A stretch of 64,000 bases of DNA. Origin: a virus. Below, piece by piece: positions 1 to 9,061 of this stretch. Position numbers and translations under genes: made by a program. The notes beneath the pieces are model-generated. The model ran no database searches. It was given only the letters and a program-made list of their open reading frames with translations, and was not told the DNA's origin. The stretch lies in the IMG/VR virus record IMGVR_UViG_3300003962_000007, positions 18,934-82,933 of that record; one strand, given 5' to 3'. Positions within the stretch are counted from its first letter, which is position 1. Each line of letters opens with the position of its first letter.

Positions 1-81
1 CATGCTTATACTGAAATTAGAAATCATTGTGAATACAACGCTCTAGATATTATAGACAAAGCACTTAATGAATTGGAATAA
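1..81 (+). CDS. 3' end of hypothetical protein (truncated by window edge)
   Basis: Open frame HAYTEIRNHCEY...ELE* ending TAA 79-81, directly before the next ATG at 84. Confidence 0.5.
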   Translation, partial: HAYTEIRNHCEYNALDIIDKALNELE

Positions 82-83
82 TA

Positions 84-269
84 ATGACTAAATACGAATT
101 AGAACGAATGCGATATATAATTAAAGAAGCAAACAAAGCTACCTATGTAGGACTAGGACCTGCAGACGCTATCATCATTCAAAAGCTTATTCAAGAACAT
201 GATGAGAAAGATAAATGGGAAGCTAGTTTAGCAGGTATTAGAGAGGGGTTAAAGAATGAAAAAAAATGA
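84..269 (+). CDS. hypothetical protein
   Basis: 61-aa ORF in tightly packed gene string. Confidence 0.6.
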   Translation: MTKYELERMRYIIKEANKATYVGLGPADAIIIQKLIQEHDEKDKWEASLAGIREGLKNEKK

Positions 270-438
270 AGCTATTGAATTATTAAGTAAAGAACTTAAA
301 GTTATTTTAAAAACCTTTAAAAGTGAACAAGCTAGAGCGCTTTGTATTATTGATTTTTTGGAAGGAATAGGCATGAGACCACCCGCTAAAAAACCTCAAT
401 GGGAAAGGGAGTATAAGGATTATAATGAAAATTTGTAA
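256..438 (+). CDS. hypothetical protein
   Basis: 60-aa ORF with GAGGGG upstream; ends in G(M/L)xPP...W motif also seen in 7310..7576 and 8445..8708. Confidence 0.65.
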   Translation: MKKNEAIELLSKELKVILKTFKSEQARALCIIDFLEGIGMRPPAKKPQWEREYKDYNENL

Positions 439-739
439 AGGCTGTAAAATAAAATTTAATCCTAAAAAATCATTTCATTCATATTGCTCAGACTGTTTTA
501 AACTATTGTGTAAGTGTAAGACTTGTGGAAAAACTGTGTTTCCAAAAAATAATAAATATAAATGTTGTAATATAACAGAATCAGTAGAGCACGTAAAAGA
601 AGCAAATAAAACTACTAGAATAGGATTATCTCTAGATGAATTAGTATTTAGAATTACTAATAAACAAAATAGCACGCAAGCTTTTATTGATAATTTTGGA
701 GAAGATGCATATGAAGACACCTTACCTAATCGAGATTAA
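425..739 (+). CDS. Cys-rich putative zinc-binding protein
   Basis: CKGC, CSDC, CKTC motifs; AAGGA upstream. Confidence 0.6.
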   Translation: MKICKGCKIKFNPKKSFHSYCSDCFKLLCKCKTCGKTVFPKNNKYKCCNITESVEHVKEANKTTRIGLSLDELVFRITNKQNSTQAFIDNFGEDAYEDTLPNRD

Positions 740-742
740 TAA

Positions 743-1366
743 ATGAAACCTCGTAAGAATATCTTCTTTACTAGCGATTGGCATGTAGGACACGCGAAAG
801 TTCTAGAGTTTGACAAGCGACCCTTTAGAGACTTAGACCACATGCATTCTGTATTGATTAATAACTACAACTCTAGCGTTACAGATAACGATGTATGTTA
901 TTTCCTAGGAGATGTGGGCCTAGCTAAAGGCGAGACAGTTAAAGAAGTTATCTCTAAGTTAAACGGTACTAAGGTATTGTTACTAGGTAACCACGATAGA
1001 AACACGTTTAGTATGTACGATCACGGGTTTGACGTAGTTTTAAATACGGCTGTATTCTATCTAGGAGAGAAACGTATCTCAATGAGTCATTGTCCGCTAC
1101 CTGGAATTAAACGAGAAGATGTTACTGGCATGAAGGGCGCTAAGGAAGGTGAGAACTGGCACGGTGAATTTAAACAGATACGTTTTACAAGCCACGATAA
1201 TACCGTAGATTTTCACGTCCACGGACACATACATTCTGGACCTCATTGTAATAAAGAAGTATTTACCGACAAACAGATGGACGTTGGTGTTGCCGCGAAT
1301 CAATACCGACCCGTAAGTCTATCGACAATTGAAAGCTGGATTGTTTCAGTTTCTAAAACAAAATAG
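743..1366 (+). CDS. calcineurin-like metallophosphoesterase
   Basis: DWH, LGD, GNHD, SH, HGHIH motifs. Confidence 0.9.
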   Translation: MKPRKNIFFTSDWHVGHAKVLEFDKRPFRDLDHMHSVLINNYNSSVTDNDVCYFLGDVGLAKGETVKEVISKLNGTKVLLLGNHDRNTFSMYDHGFDVVLNTAVFYLGEKRISMSHCPLPGIKREDVTGMKGAKEGENWHGEFKQIRFTSHDNTVDFHVHGHIHSGPHCNKEVFTDKQMDVGVAANQYRPVSLSTIESWIVSVSKTK

Positions 1367-1369
1367 CCC

Positions 1370-1398
1370 TTGACAATTTTACATTATTTTGATATAAT
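1370..1398 (+). promoter_or_regulatory. sigma70-type promoter (perfect consensus, extended -10)
   Basis: TTGACA-17nt-TATAAT with TG at -15/-14. Confidence 0.85.
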
Positions 1399-1404
1399 GT
1401 ATTT

Positions 1405-1502
1405 ACACTGACATACTGTTTGTATGTTACCCTTGTTTCGACTAACAACATGAGCCTTATGTTAGTAGGCTAAGAGCCGAGTAACTTCTCGGTAATTTTT
1501 TT
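1405..1502 (+). ncRNA. candidate short structured RNA / attenuator leader
   Basis: No ORF; hairpins GACATAC/GTATGTT and ACTAACA/TGTTAGT (alternatively AGCCT/AGGCT); lies between a consensus promoter and a terminator. Confidence 0.4.
1476..1502 (+). terminator. intrinsic terminator
   Basis: GCCGAG-TAACTT-CTCGGT hairpin followed by AATTTTTTT. Confidence 0.6.
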
Positions 1503-1510
1503 AAACAATT

Positions 1511-1665
1511 TGAGTTAGCGGTGTGGAAAGCAGACACACCCTTAGTAGCCGGTTTAGAGTTAGTAGCTCTATTCGAGGTCGGGAGAATAGAACATCTATT
1601 CGTAACCTTGGTAACCCGTAAGCGACGAAGTACAAGTAAGTAAGAGTAGCGCCTTACCTAACTCA
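1511..1665 (+). ncRNA. candidate tRNA-shaped structured ncRNA
   Basis: 8-bp terminal stem TGAGTTAG/CTAACTCA, 6-bp arm GGTGTG/CACACC, 5-bp arm GTAAG/CTTAC abutting the 3' strand, further internal helices; GC-richer than its surroundings, no ORF. Confidence 0.6.
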
Positions 1666-1685
1666 TTCTAATAAGGAGAAACAAG

Positions 1686-1889
1686 ATGTCTAAAACAAAG
1701 TCAAAAAGTAAAGAAGTATGGGTAGCTCATATCACTACCGAAAGCAGCGATCATTACTATTATTGTTTTAAACAAGAACCAAGTAGACTTGTTGTATATG
1801 ATAGGTTTATAAAAGAGTCAGGAGAGAGCGAAGATTACCCGGAAGAACTAATGAACTTAAAAATAACTAAATGTATTGTTTATGGGTAA
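1686..1889 (+). CDS. hypothetical protein
   Basis: 67-aa ORF with strong SD AAGGAG. Confidence 0.75.
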   Translation: MSKTKSKSKEVWVAHITTESSDHYYYCFKQEPSRLVVYDRFIKESGESEDYPEELMNLKITKCIVYG

Positions 1890-2100
1890 CAAATTTAAAC
1901 CAAATGATTATGTTGAAGTGTTAGTTAACAAAGGAAAATTTTAGTCAGTAAACGACACAACATATGTTATTTCTATCAGTGGAGAGTTTGTAGATGTAGA
2001 AGATTCTTTCGGTGGAAAAAGAGGAAAAAAAGGTAAGAATGGAACACAAAGATTTCATTATACCGAAATTAAACTAGTGGAGAAACAAGATGAAGTATAA
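1882..2100 (+). pseudogene. small phage protein interrupted by in-frame TAG
   Basis: MGNKFKPNDYVEVLVNKGKF*SVND...KQDEV*; single TAG at 1942-1944; fills the gap exactly and overlaps both neighbours. Confidence 0.6.
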
Positions 2101-2998
2101 CAAATTTGTAGAGAACAGCGACACATATACACCCATTAAAATTGACGGAACTCATCCAGAGCTTCCTTCTGGAGCTTACAGACCATGGTTTGACCATGAT
2201 AGACAAATGGTTATGTTCTCTAAGATTAAGCTAAACTGTGATAATATCATTGAACTTCCTTCTAAAGAATACGACTACGTTACCGCACAGATGCGCAACT
2301 TCTTGCGTCCTGAAACTAAACAGAGTTATATAGACAACGGTTTTCTTTATAAACGTTCTGTAATGCTACATGGTAAACCTGGCACGGGTAAAACTGTAAT
2401 TGTAAATAGAGTAGTTCAAGAAGCGCTAAAATCGAATGCTGTTGTATTGTTTAATCCTGACCCCGCATATATGCAAGAGTTTTTCGAAGCACTTGAGTCG
2501 ACTGCTCCTGATAAGCTAACTGTAGTTATCTTTGAAGAGTTTGAAGACCTTGTTAACAAATATGAGAATGACCTATTGTCTCTATTAGACGGGGAAGTAC
2601 AAAAGAATAACATCATGTATTTAGCTACCACCAACTACATCGATCAAATTCCCCTTAGAATGCAAAGACCTGGAAGATTTAGCTCGATCATTGAAGTGAA
2701 TTATCCTTCTCTCGAAGCAAGGTCTGTATATCTTAAAGCTAAGAAAATTAATCCTGATTTGATTAAATCTTGGTCTGAGCTGACTGAAGGTTTCTCTATT
2801 GACGAAGTAAAAGAAACTGTACTCGCTGTAAATTGCCTAGGAGAAAAGCTAACTGAAGTGGTTAGCAGGCTAAATGAGCTTAAGGCTAGAGGACTACAGG
2901 CAGAGATTAAGAAGGAACCTTCTATGGAAGAAGCTTTCGTTGATCACTTTAGTAATATTTTGAGAGGTAATAACAACAATAAAGTAAGACGTAGGTAA
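2090..2998 (+). CDS. AAA+ ATPase
   Basis: Walker A GKPGTGKT, Walker B VIFEEFE, ATTN sensor, RPGRF second region of homology. Confidence 0.9.
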   Translation: MKYNKFVENSDTYTPIKIDGTHPELPSGAYRPWFDHDRQMVMFSKIKLNCDNIIELPSKEYDYVTAQMRNFLRPETKQSYIDNGFLYKRSVMLHGKPGTGKTVIVNRVVQEALKSNAVVLFNPDPAYMQEFFEALESTAPDKLTVVIFEEFEDLVNKYENDLLSLLDGEVQKNNIMYLATTNYIDQIPLRMQRPGRFSSIIEVNYPSLEARSVYLKAKKINPDLIKSWSELTEGFSIDEVKETVLAVNCLGEKLTEVVSRLNELKARGLQAEIKKEPSMEEAFVDHFSNILRGNNNNKVRRR

Positions 2999-3005
2999 TA
3001 AGCTG

Positions 3006-4628
3006 ATGGAAAAAGATGTATTTGGTTCGGATTTTGCTAATGCTATTTATAAACAAAAATATTCTCTAGACGGACAAGAAAGATGGGAAGATACATGCAG
3101 AAGAGTTGTAGTTTCTGTCTGCGGACAGATGCTAGATAAGGAATATCAAGAAGAAGTCTTTAAAATAATGTATGAGAGAAAGTTTATTCCAGGAGGAAGA
3201 TACTTATATTCATCCGGTAGACCTATTCATCAAGTAAATAACTGTTTTCTATTTCGAGCAGAAGATTCGTCTGAAGGCTGGGCTGATTTAATTAGCAAGT
3301 CCACAGCGGCACTAATGAGTGGAGGTGGAATAGGTATTGACTATAGTGCATTACGTGAAGAAGGGGCACCTCTTAAGAGAAAAGGAGGATTTTCTACAGG
3401 ACCGATTGCTCTAATGAATATGGTTAATGAATCAGGACGATATATCATGCAAGGGGGGCAAAGAAGATCGGCAATATGGGCAGGACTCAATTGGAAACAT
3501 CCTGATGTAGAGAAGTTTCTTCGTCTTAAGGACTACTCACCTGAACTTAAAGCCATTAAACAAAATGATTTTAATTTTCCAGCCCCTATGGAGCTAACCA
3601 ACATTTCTGTAATATATGACACTGAATTTTTTATAGCAATTGAAAATAAAAAACACCCACTACATAAACTGGCTAAAGATATTTGGAATTTAAACTGTTT
3701 ACAAGCCTTTTCTACTGCAGAACCAGGCATGTCTTTTAATTTTAGGAGAGATAATGAGAGTTTACGAAATGCTTGCACAGAAGTTGTATCTGAAGATGAT
3801 TCTGATAAGTGTAATCTTGGCACTATATGGATTAACAGGATTGCTGACCATGACGAACTTGCTCACGTTTGTAAGTTTAGCACTCTTTTTCTTCTTTGTG
3901 GGGGAGTTTATTCAGACACTCCGACAGATCGTATCAAAGAAGTCGGAGAAAGAAACAACCGCATTGGTCTCGGACTCGGAGGGATGCACGAGTGGCTTAT
4001 GCAAAGAGGAGAAGACTACCAAGTAACACCAGAGTTACACAAGTGGCTTTCTGTATATCAACATCAGTCCGACGATACTGCATTCGTAGGGGCCAAAATG
4101 TTAGGCGTATCAGTTCCGAAAGGGGTTAGAGCAATCGCACCAACTGGAAGCATTGGTATTTTAGCCGAAACGACCACCGGGATTGAACCTCTTTTCTGCA
4201 AAGCATACAAAAGAAGATACCTAACTAAAGGAAATGTTTGGTCGCATCAATATGTAGTAGACGGTGCGGTTAAAAGACTTCTAGACCAAGGAGTTAAATT
4301 AGAACAAATTAAAGATAGTTATGACTTAACATTCAAACAAAGAGTGAAATTCCAAGCTGATGTTCAAAATTACGTTGACATGGCAATCAGCTCTACTTGT
4401 AACTTACCATCTTGGGGAAGCGACAATAATAACGAAGAGACTTTAAAAGAAAACTCCAAGATTCTATTACAATACGCTAAAAGACTAAGAGGATTTACTT
4501 GTTACCCAGATGGTTCTAGAGGCGGTCAGCCTTTAACTAGGGTTTCATTAGAGGAAGCTTTAAGTAAAGAAGGTCAAGTTTTTGAAGAAGTAGAAAATAG
4601 CTGTTTAAATGGTATTTGTGGAATTTAA
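3006..4628 (+). CDS. nrdJ: class II (adenosylcobalamin-dependent) ribonucleotide reductase
   Basis: PGGR, NNCF, NACTE (thiyl Cys), CNLG, APTG, C-terminal CxxxxC; no beta subunit nearby. Confidence 0.85.
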   Translation: MEKDVFGSDFANAIYKQKYSLDGQERWEDTCRRVVVSVCGQMLDKEYQEEVFKIMYERKFIPGGRYLYSSGRPIHQVNNCFLFRAEDSSEGWADLISKSTAALMSGGGIGIDYSALREEGAPLKRKGGFSTGPIALMNMVNESGRYIMQGGQRRSAIWAGLNWKHPDVEKFLRLKDYSPELKAIKQNDFNFPAPMELTNISVIYDTEFFIAIENKKHPLHKLAKDIWNLNCLQAFSTAEPGMSFNFRRDNESLRNACTEVVSEDDSDKCNLGTIWINRIADHDELAHVCKFSTLFLLCGGVYSDTPTDRIKEVGERNNRIGLGLGGMHEWLMQRGEDYQVTPELHKWLSVYQHQSDDTAFVGAKMLGVSVPKGVRAIAPTGSIGILAETTTGIEPLFCKAYKRRYLTKGNVWSHQYVVDGAVKRLLDQGVKLEQIKDSYDLTFKQRVKFQADVQNYVDMAISSTCNLPSWGSDNNNEETLKENSKILLQYAKRLRGFTCYPDGSRGGQPLTRVSLEEALSKEGQVFEEVENSCLNGICGI

Positions 4629-4847
4629 ATGTATACTAAATTTGAAAGGCTAGAGGTAACTTCCCCCTTATACCGAAGGGTATGGGCTGCCATTAATTTT
4701 TCTATACACTACAAGAAGTTAGTAATGCCAATATCGAAGTACGTTTATTTTATTTGTGAAAGACCAGACTATGGATATTCTTTACAAGTTTTTGATAAAA
4801 AGGGTATTTGGCTTGTCGATCCTAAAACAGTTAGAAGAATAACTTAA
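4629..4847 (+). CDS. hypothetical protein
   Basis: 72-aa ORF abutting nrdJ stop. Confidence 0.55.
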   Translation: MYTKFERLEVTSPLYRRVWAAINFSIHYKKLVMPISKYVYFICERPDYGYSLQVFDKKGIWLVDPKTVRRIT

Positions 4848-4897
4848 TCTCGCTTGATTTTTAACTGACTCAATTTTTTGGCCCTGTTTTTTACAGC

Positions 4898-4926
4898 TTG
4901 ACATTTTCTATAAACTTTGATATAAT
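4898..4926 (+). promoter_or_regulatory. sigma70-type promoter, leaderless transcript
   Basis: TTGACA-17-TATAAT, extended TG; ATG 4933 follows after a 6-nt gap, no SD. Confidence 0.85.
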
Positions 4927-4932
4927 GTATTA

Positions 4933-5547
4933 ATGTTGATCATAGCAGATATTGCTGGTCGTTATAATGAGCTTATGCTTTTAATTGAAAAAGCTAAAGC
5001 TGATCCCAAAGACATTGTATTGCTTGGCGATCTAAACGACAGAGGCCCAGATACTAACAAGGTTATTCAGTGGGCTATTGATAATAAAGTCAAATGTGTT
5101 AAGTCTAATCATGGCGATATGTTTATTCGCGCTTATGAAGACTATAAAGCAGGTAAAATATTAAGCGAAGATACGCATTTATTTCTAATGAACGGCGGTC
5201 ATCAAACGCTAGACAGCTACGGCGGATTTCAGTTTGTTCCTCAAGAACACATCGATTATCTAAAAGCTTGTCTTTGGTATATCGAAACTAATGACTTAAT
5301 TTTAACACATGCCCCACTCCAAGGTCCAGTAAACGAACTTCCTCCTAACTTAGACGAAGATTTCTTTTGGGTCAGAAGGCAACCAACTAGATTAGATAAA
5401 TTTCAAATACACGGACACAATACTTTCTTTGAAGAATATAAAGACAAAGATGGTATTTATGGTATGTGTTTGGATAATTGTGGCGAAAACGAATTAAGAG
5501 CAATTGAGTGGCCCAGTAGAACAATATATACACAGGAATATTTGTAA
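4933..5547 (+). CDS. Ser/Thr protein phosphatase (PPP family, NinI/PrpA-like)
   Basis: [24 protein letters not shown] motifs. Confidence 0.85.
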   Translation: MLIIADIAGRYNELMLLIEKAKADPKDIVLLGDLNDRGPDTNKVIQWAIDNKVKCVKSNHGDMFIRAYEDYKAGKILSEDTHLFLMNGGHQTLDSYGGFQFVPQEHIDYLKACLWYIETNDLILTHAPLQGPVNELPPNLDEDFFWVRRQPTRLDKFQIHGHNTFFEEYKDKDGIYGMCLDNCGENELRAIEWPSRTIYTQEYL

Positions 5548-6167
5548 TGAGTTCAGTCAAAATTGTACATATAACACCAGAATGTGAAAAACATATAGCT
5601 TATTGTTCTAGGGTGTCTAGCCCAAACCAAGATAATCCAGAATTTGAAAAGCTTATTAAATACCTAATTAAACACAAACACTGGTCGCCATTTGAAATGG
5701 GAAGTATGTGCGTAGAAATTGAAACTACTAGAGCAGTAGCTCCTCAAATTTTAAGACATAAATCCTTTTCATTCCAAGAGTTTAGTCAAAGATACGCACA
5801 GTCAATGGACTATGAAGAATATTTTGCAAGAAGACAAGACGATAAAAATCGTCAAAATTCTATCGATGACCTAGATGAAAAAACTAAACTGTGGTTTAAG
5901 CGCGCTCAAAAGGATAATTGGGATGAGTGTTATGCTCTGTATGTACAAGCATTAGATCGAGGAATCGCTAAAGAACTAGCCAGAAACTTATTACCATTAA
6001 ATACGAAGACTAAAATGTATATGCACGGAACTATAAGAAGCTTTATACATTACGTTGAGGTTAGAGCCGATGCGTCTACACAGAAAGAACATAGGGATAT
6101 AGCGTTAGCTATTAAAGAAATTATGAAAAAAGAATTACCAACAATTACAATGGCACTGGAGTGGTAG
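5547..6167 (+). CDS. thyX: flavin-dependent thymidylate synthase
   Basis: [31 protein letters not shown]. Confidence 0.95.
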   Translation: MSSVKIVHITPECEKHIAYCSRVSSPNQDNPEFEKLIKYLIKHKHWSPFEMGSMCVEIETTRAVAPQILRHKSFSFQEFSQRYAQSMDYEEYFARRQDDKNRQNSIDDLDEKTKLWFKRAQKDNWDECYALYVQALDRGIAKELARNLLPLNTKTKMYMHGTIRSFIHYVEVRADASTQKEHRDIALAIKEIMKKELPTITMALEW

Positions 6168-6168
6168 A

Positions 6169-6336
6169 ATGAATTTATTAGACGCTTTAATGGTTGGAAG
6201 CTTCATCGGTTTAACTATAATGCTTATTGGTTTACTGCCAGAAATTGAATTAGATGAAGAAGGTAATGAAATATTTGAAGAAAATAAAGACCCTAGTCTA
6301 AAGAAAGACAAGCTAGAGCACTTTAGAAGGAAATAA
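6169..6336 (+). CDS. small membrane protein (55 aa, below ORF-track cut-off)
   Basis: MNLLDALMVGSFIGLTIMLIGLLP...; GGAG upstream; fills intergenic gap. Confidence 0.6.
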   Translation: MNLLDALMVGSFIGLTIMLIGLLPEIELDEEGNEIFEENKDPSLKKDKLEHFRRK

Positions 6337-6337
6337 A

Positions 6338-6679
6338 ATGAAATATATTAAATATTTATTGGTGTTTTTAATAGGAGTAATTGCGGGTAATTTACCAGAA
6401 ACATATTCTAATCTTAAATGGGTTTATTATAACGAAGAAGCGTCTGTTATCAGTGAAACCTTTAAAAACGGAGAAGAAAGAAGAAATTTTATTTACTCCC
6501 ATTTTAATGAAATAGATTATAGTATTAAATTATTTGGTAATTATCTTCAATTAGACTTATGTATATACAACAGGGAACATTTCTACAATAACGCATATTG
6601 TAAAAACATACAAAAAGCTTGGGTAATTATTCAACCCAAATCAAAATCTAACTTCGAAGACTTAGAGTATTGGAAGTAA
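6338..6679 (+). CDS. hypothetical protein with N-terminal hydrophobic segment
   Basis: AAGGA upstream; MKYIKYLLVFLIGVIAG. Confidence 0.6.
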   Translation: MKYIKYLLVFLIGVIAGNLPETYSNLKWVYYNEEASVISETFKNGEERRNFIYSHFNEIDYSIKLFGNYLQLDLCIYNREHFYNNAYCKNIQKAWVIIQPKSKSNFEDLEYWK

Positions 6680-7329
6680 TGAAGATTATTCACCTTAGTG
6701 ATACGCATTTAAAAGGATTTGACCCTGAACCTGGTGATATTTTAATACATTCCGGTGATGCATTAAACGCTGGGTCGTTCATGGAGCTTGTTTCCTTCAG
6801 ACAAGAGCTTGAGAAGGTTAAAAATAGATATAAACACATAATCTATGTACCAGGCAATCACGATTTTATTTTCGAAGACGACCCTAAGTTAGCTATTGGA
6901 TTTATTAAAGAAACTATTCCAAATTTACACGTTCTTATTAACGAAGAATTGGTAATTGATGGGATTAAGTTTTACGGGACCCCAGATCAACCTGTATTCT
7001 TTCATTGGGCCTTTAATAAAGAACCAGAAGACCTTATAAAGTCTTATAATAACATTCCAAAAGACGTTAATGTATTGATAACTCATTGTCCTCCTCATGG
7101 TATATTGGATTATGTGGTTAATAGGTATCACCCAGGAGGAGTTAACGTAGGTTCTACCGAGCTATTAAACGCTCTACCTGAGCTTAAGGCGTTAAAACTA
7201 TGTTGTTTTGGTCATATCCACTATTCTTACGGAACTAAGCTTATAGACGGTATTATGTATTCTAATGGGGCCTTAGTAGACGAGAGATATATTAGAGTCA
7301 ATAAGGAGATTGTGCTTGAAGAAATCTGA
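6679..7329 (+). CDS. metallophosphoesterase (MPPED/Icc-like)
   Basis: SDTH, SGD, PGNHD, THCPP, FGHIH; ATG at 6679 overlaps upstream stop (TAATG). Confidence 0.9.
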   Translation: MKIIHLSDTHLKGFDPEPGDILIHSGDALNAGSFMELVSFRQELEKVKNRYKHIIYVPGNHDFIFEDDPKLAIGFIKETIPNLHVLINEELVIDGIKFYGTPDQPVFFHWAFNKEPEDLIKSYNNIPKDVNVLITHCPPHGILDYVVNRYHPGGVNVGSTELLNALPELKALKLCCFGHIHYSYGTKLIDGIMYSNGALVDERYIRVNKEIVLEEI

Positions 7330-7576
7330 AGCTACTAAAATCATTAATAATCATTTAAGAGACCTAGTTAATAATCATCAGATGGGTAATTTAAAGGATA
7401 CAAGGAAGGTAGCTAAAGCTATTCTGGAAGACCTGTTGGCTTATGGGTTAAAACCTAGAAGGACTGTTCCTGCTAACATAGCGCTTGATATTGATGCACA
7501 CGTAAAATTTAATGAAAATGGCTCTGAGTTTGAATATGTAAAATACAGCTATACGTGGGAGGAAAATGACAAGTAA
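7310..7576 (+). CDS. hypothetical protein
   Basis: 88-aa ORF, AAGGAG upstream. Confidence 0.6.
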   Translation: MCLKKSEATKIINNHLRDLVNNHQMGNLKDTRKVAKAILEDLLAYGLKPRRTVPANIALDIDAHVKFNENGSEFEYVKYSYTWEENDK

Positions 7577-7646
7577 AGACGTTGGAATATTAATAATGGT
7601 TAATTTTTGGTTTCTATTTTTGTATATTTCTTTCACTTATAGTTGA
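7566..7646 (+). CDS. putative 26-aa membrane micropeptide
   Basis: MTSKDVGILIMVNFWFLFLYISFTYS*; GGAGG upstream. Confidence 0.4.
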   Translation: MTSKDVGILIMVNFWFLFLYISFTYS

Positions 7647-7671
7647 CAAGTTATAGAAAATTTGATATACT
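7643..7671 (+). promoter_or_regulatory. sigma70-type promoter, leaderless transcript
   Basis: TTGACA-17-TATACT, extended TG; ATG 7678 after a 6-nt gap. Confidence 0.8.
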
Positions 7672-7677
7672 ATAAAG

Positions 7678-7911
7678 ATGAAAAAATTATTATTAGGAAT
7701 ATTATTAGGATTTTTTTTACATAAGGGTATTAATGCCGCCTATAGTTATTCATTTTGGAAAAATAATCAAAATTGTGAAAAACTTAATTTTGAAACATTA
7801 GATGAAGAGTTTAATTGTACGTATAAAAAAATGGGATATATGAAATATATAGGATACAGCTTAATTAATTATACGTATACTATAGACCATAAATGGGGTT
7901 TTGTACTTTAA
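7678..7911 (+). CDS. hypothetical exported/membrane protein
   Basis: MKKLLLGILLGFFL signal-like N-terminus. Confidence 0.65.
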   Translation: MKKLLLGILLGFFLHKGINAAYSYSFWKNNQNCEKLNFETLDEEFNCTYKKMGYMKYIGYSLINYTYTIDHKWGFVL

Positions 7912-8294
7912 TGAATAAAATTCAACAACCTAGGGTCGTTACAGTGGACGTAGATGATACCCTACTCATGTGGGACTATCACGATATTCCACATAACGAA
8001 GATGAGCTTATAACTTTCGAAGACTCATACGGTCAATGGAAGCTTTTACCTCATAAAAAACACATTGAGTTTATTAAAAATTTAAAACATCAAGGTTATG
8101 GTATTGTTGTTTGGTCAGCGGCTGGTAACGATTGGGCAGAAGAAGCAGTTAAGATGTTAGGAATAGAGTATTTAGTCGATGGTTGTATGAGTAAACCAGA
8201 ATTTGCGATTGACGATCTATTGCGAGCAAATAGAATTATTAAATCAGTGTTGTGGGTCGATCCCAAAACGGGTGAATTTAAGAGGTCTGAATGA
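7911..8294 (+). CDS. HAD-superfamily phosphatase-like protein
   Basis: DVDDTL motif I, VWSAAG, KP...IDD; start at TAATG overlap (7911). Confidence 0.8.
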   Translation: MNKIQQPRVVTVDVDDTLLMWDYHDIPHNEDELITFEDSYGQWKLLPHKKHIEFIKNLKHQGYGIVVWSAAGNDWAEEAVKMLGIEYLVDGCMSKPEFAIDDLLRANRIIKSVLWVDPKTGEFKRSE

Positions 8295-8458
8295 AAAAAG
8301 AAGTTAAAGAGCTAGCTAAAGAGCTATTTGTCAGAGGATATAACATTCCCTATTTGACAGAAAAAACCGAATCACAGGTTGTTTCAAAAGTAAAGGATGT
8401 TGTATTGGTAGCTAAACTCTATTACAAAACTCTTGAGGAATTAGATGAAGAGAAATAA
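8291..8458 (+). CDS. hypothetical protein (55 aa)
   Basis: MKKEVKELAKELFVRG...; GAGG upstream; fills gap. Confidence 0.6.
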   Translation: MKKEVKELAKELFVRGYNIPYLTEKTESQVVSKVKDVVLVAKLYYKTLEELDEEK

Positions 8459-8708
8459 AATGATATGGGATACTTCAATTACTGTTTACAATAAACATAT
8501 GAATATAATTAAAATGGCATATGAATTTTATAAAGAAGGTAATTGGAGTTCTTCTTCTAGGGCGGTTAGATTACTAGTTAATAAAATACTAACTGAGTTT
8601 GAAAACCAAGGCATGAAGCCACCTCTTTCAGAGTGTAAGTTGGTAGAAGATACTTATCACGGCGGACTAAAACACAGCAAGTCGGAACATAAATGGGATG
8701 AGGAATGA
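8445..8708 (+). CDS. hypothetical protein
   Basis: 87-aa ORF, GAGGA upstream. Confidence 0.6.
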   Translation: MKRNKMIWDTSITVYNKHMNIIKMAYEFYKEGNWSSSSRAVRLLVNKILTEFENQGMKPPLSECKLVEDTYHGGLKHSKSEHKWDEE

Positions 8709-9061
8709 AATTAATTATTGCAGGCAGTAGAAGCATAAAACTTCAACAATCTGCTCTATATCATCTTTCAAATCATTTTCCAACCCCTACTGAAGTAGTG
8801 AGCGGAGGAGCCGAAGGAATAGATAAAGCTGGTGAAATATATGCAATCAATACTAGTAAACCTGTTAAAAAGTTTACCCCAGACTGGGAAACTTACGGTA
8901 AAGCAGCAGGGCCTATTCGCAATAAACAAATGGCCGAATATGCGGATGCTTTGTTATTAATTTGGGATGGTAAATCCAGAGGAAGTGCTAATATGAAAAA
9001 AGAAATGTTAGCCATAGGAAAACCAGTTTACGAAGTCATAATTAAACAATACAATGTCTGA
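8705..9061 (+). CDS. SLOG-family (YspA/DUF2493-like) protein
   Basis: IIAGSR, VSGGAEGID, AGPIRN, WDGKSRGS motifs. Confidence 0.85.
   Translation: MKLIIAGSRSIKLQQSALYHLSNHFPTPTEVVSGGAEGIDKAGEIYAINTSKPVKKFTPDWETYGKAAGPIRNKQMAEYADALLLIWDGKSRGSANMKKEMLAIGKPVYEVIIKQYNV

Noticed and set aside
1511..1665. Canonical tRNA, intron-containing tRNA or tmRNA
   Set aside because: No TTCRA T-loop, no standard anticodon arm, no group I core, no tag ORF
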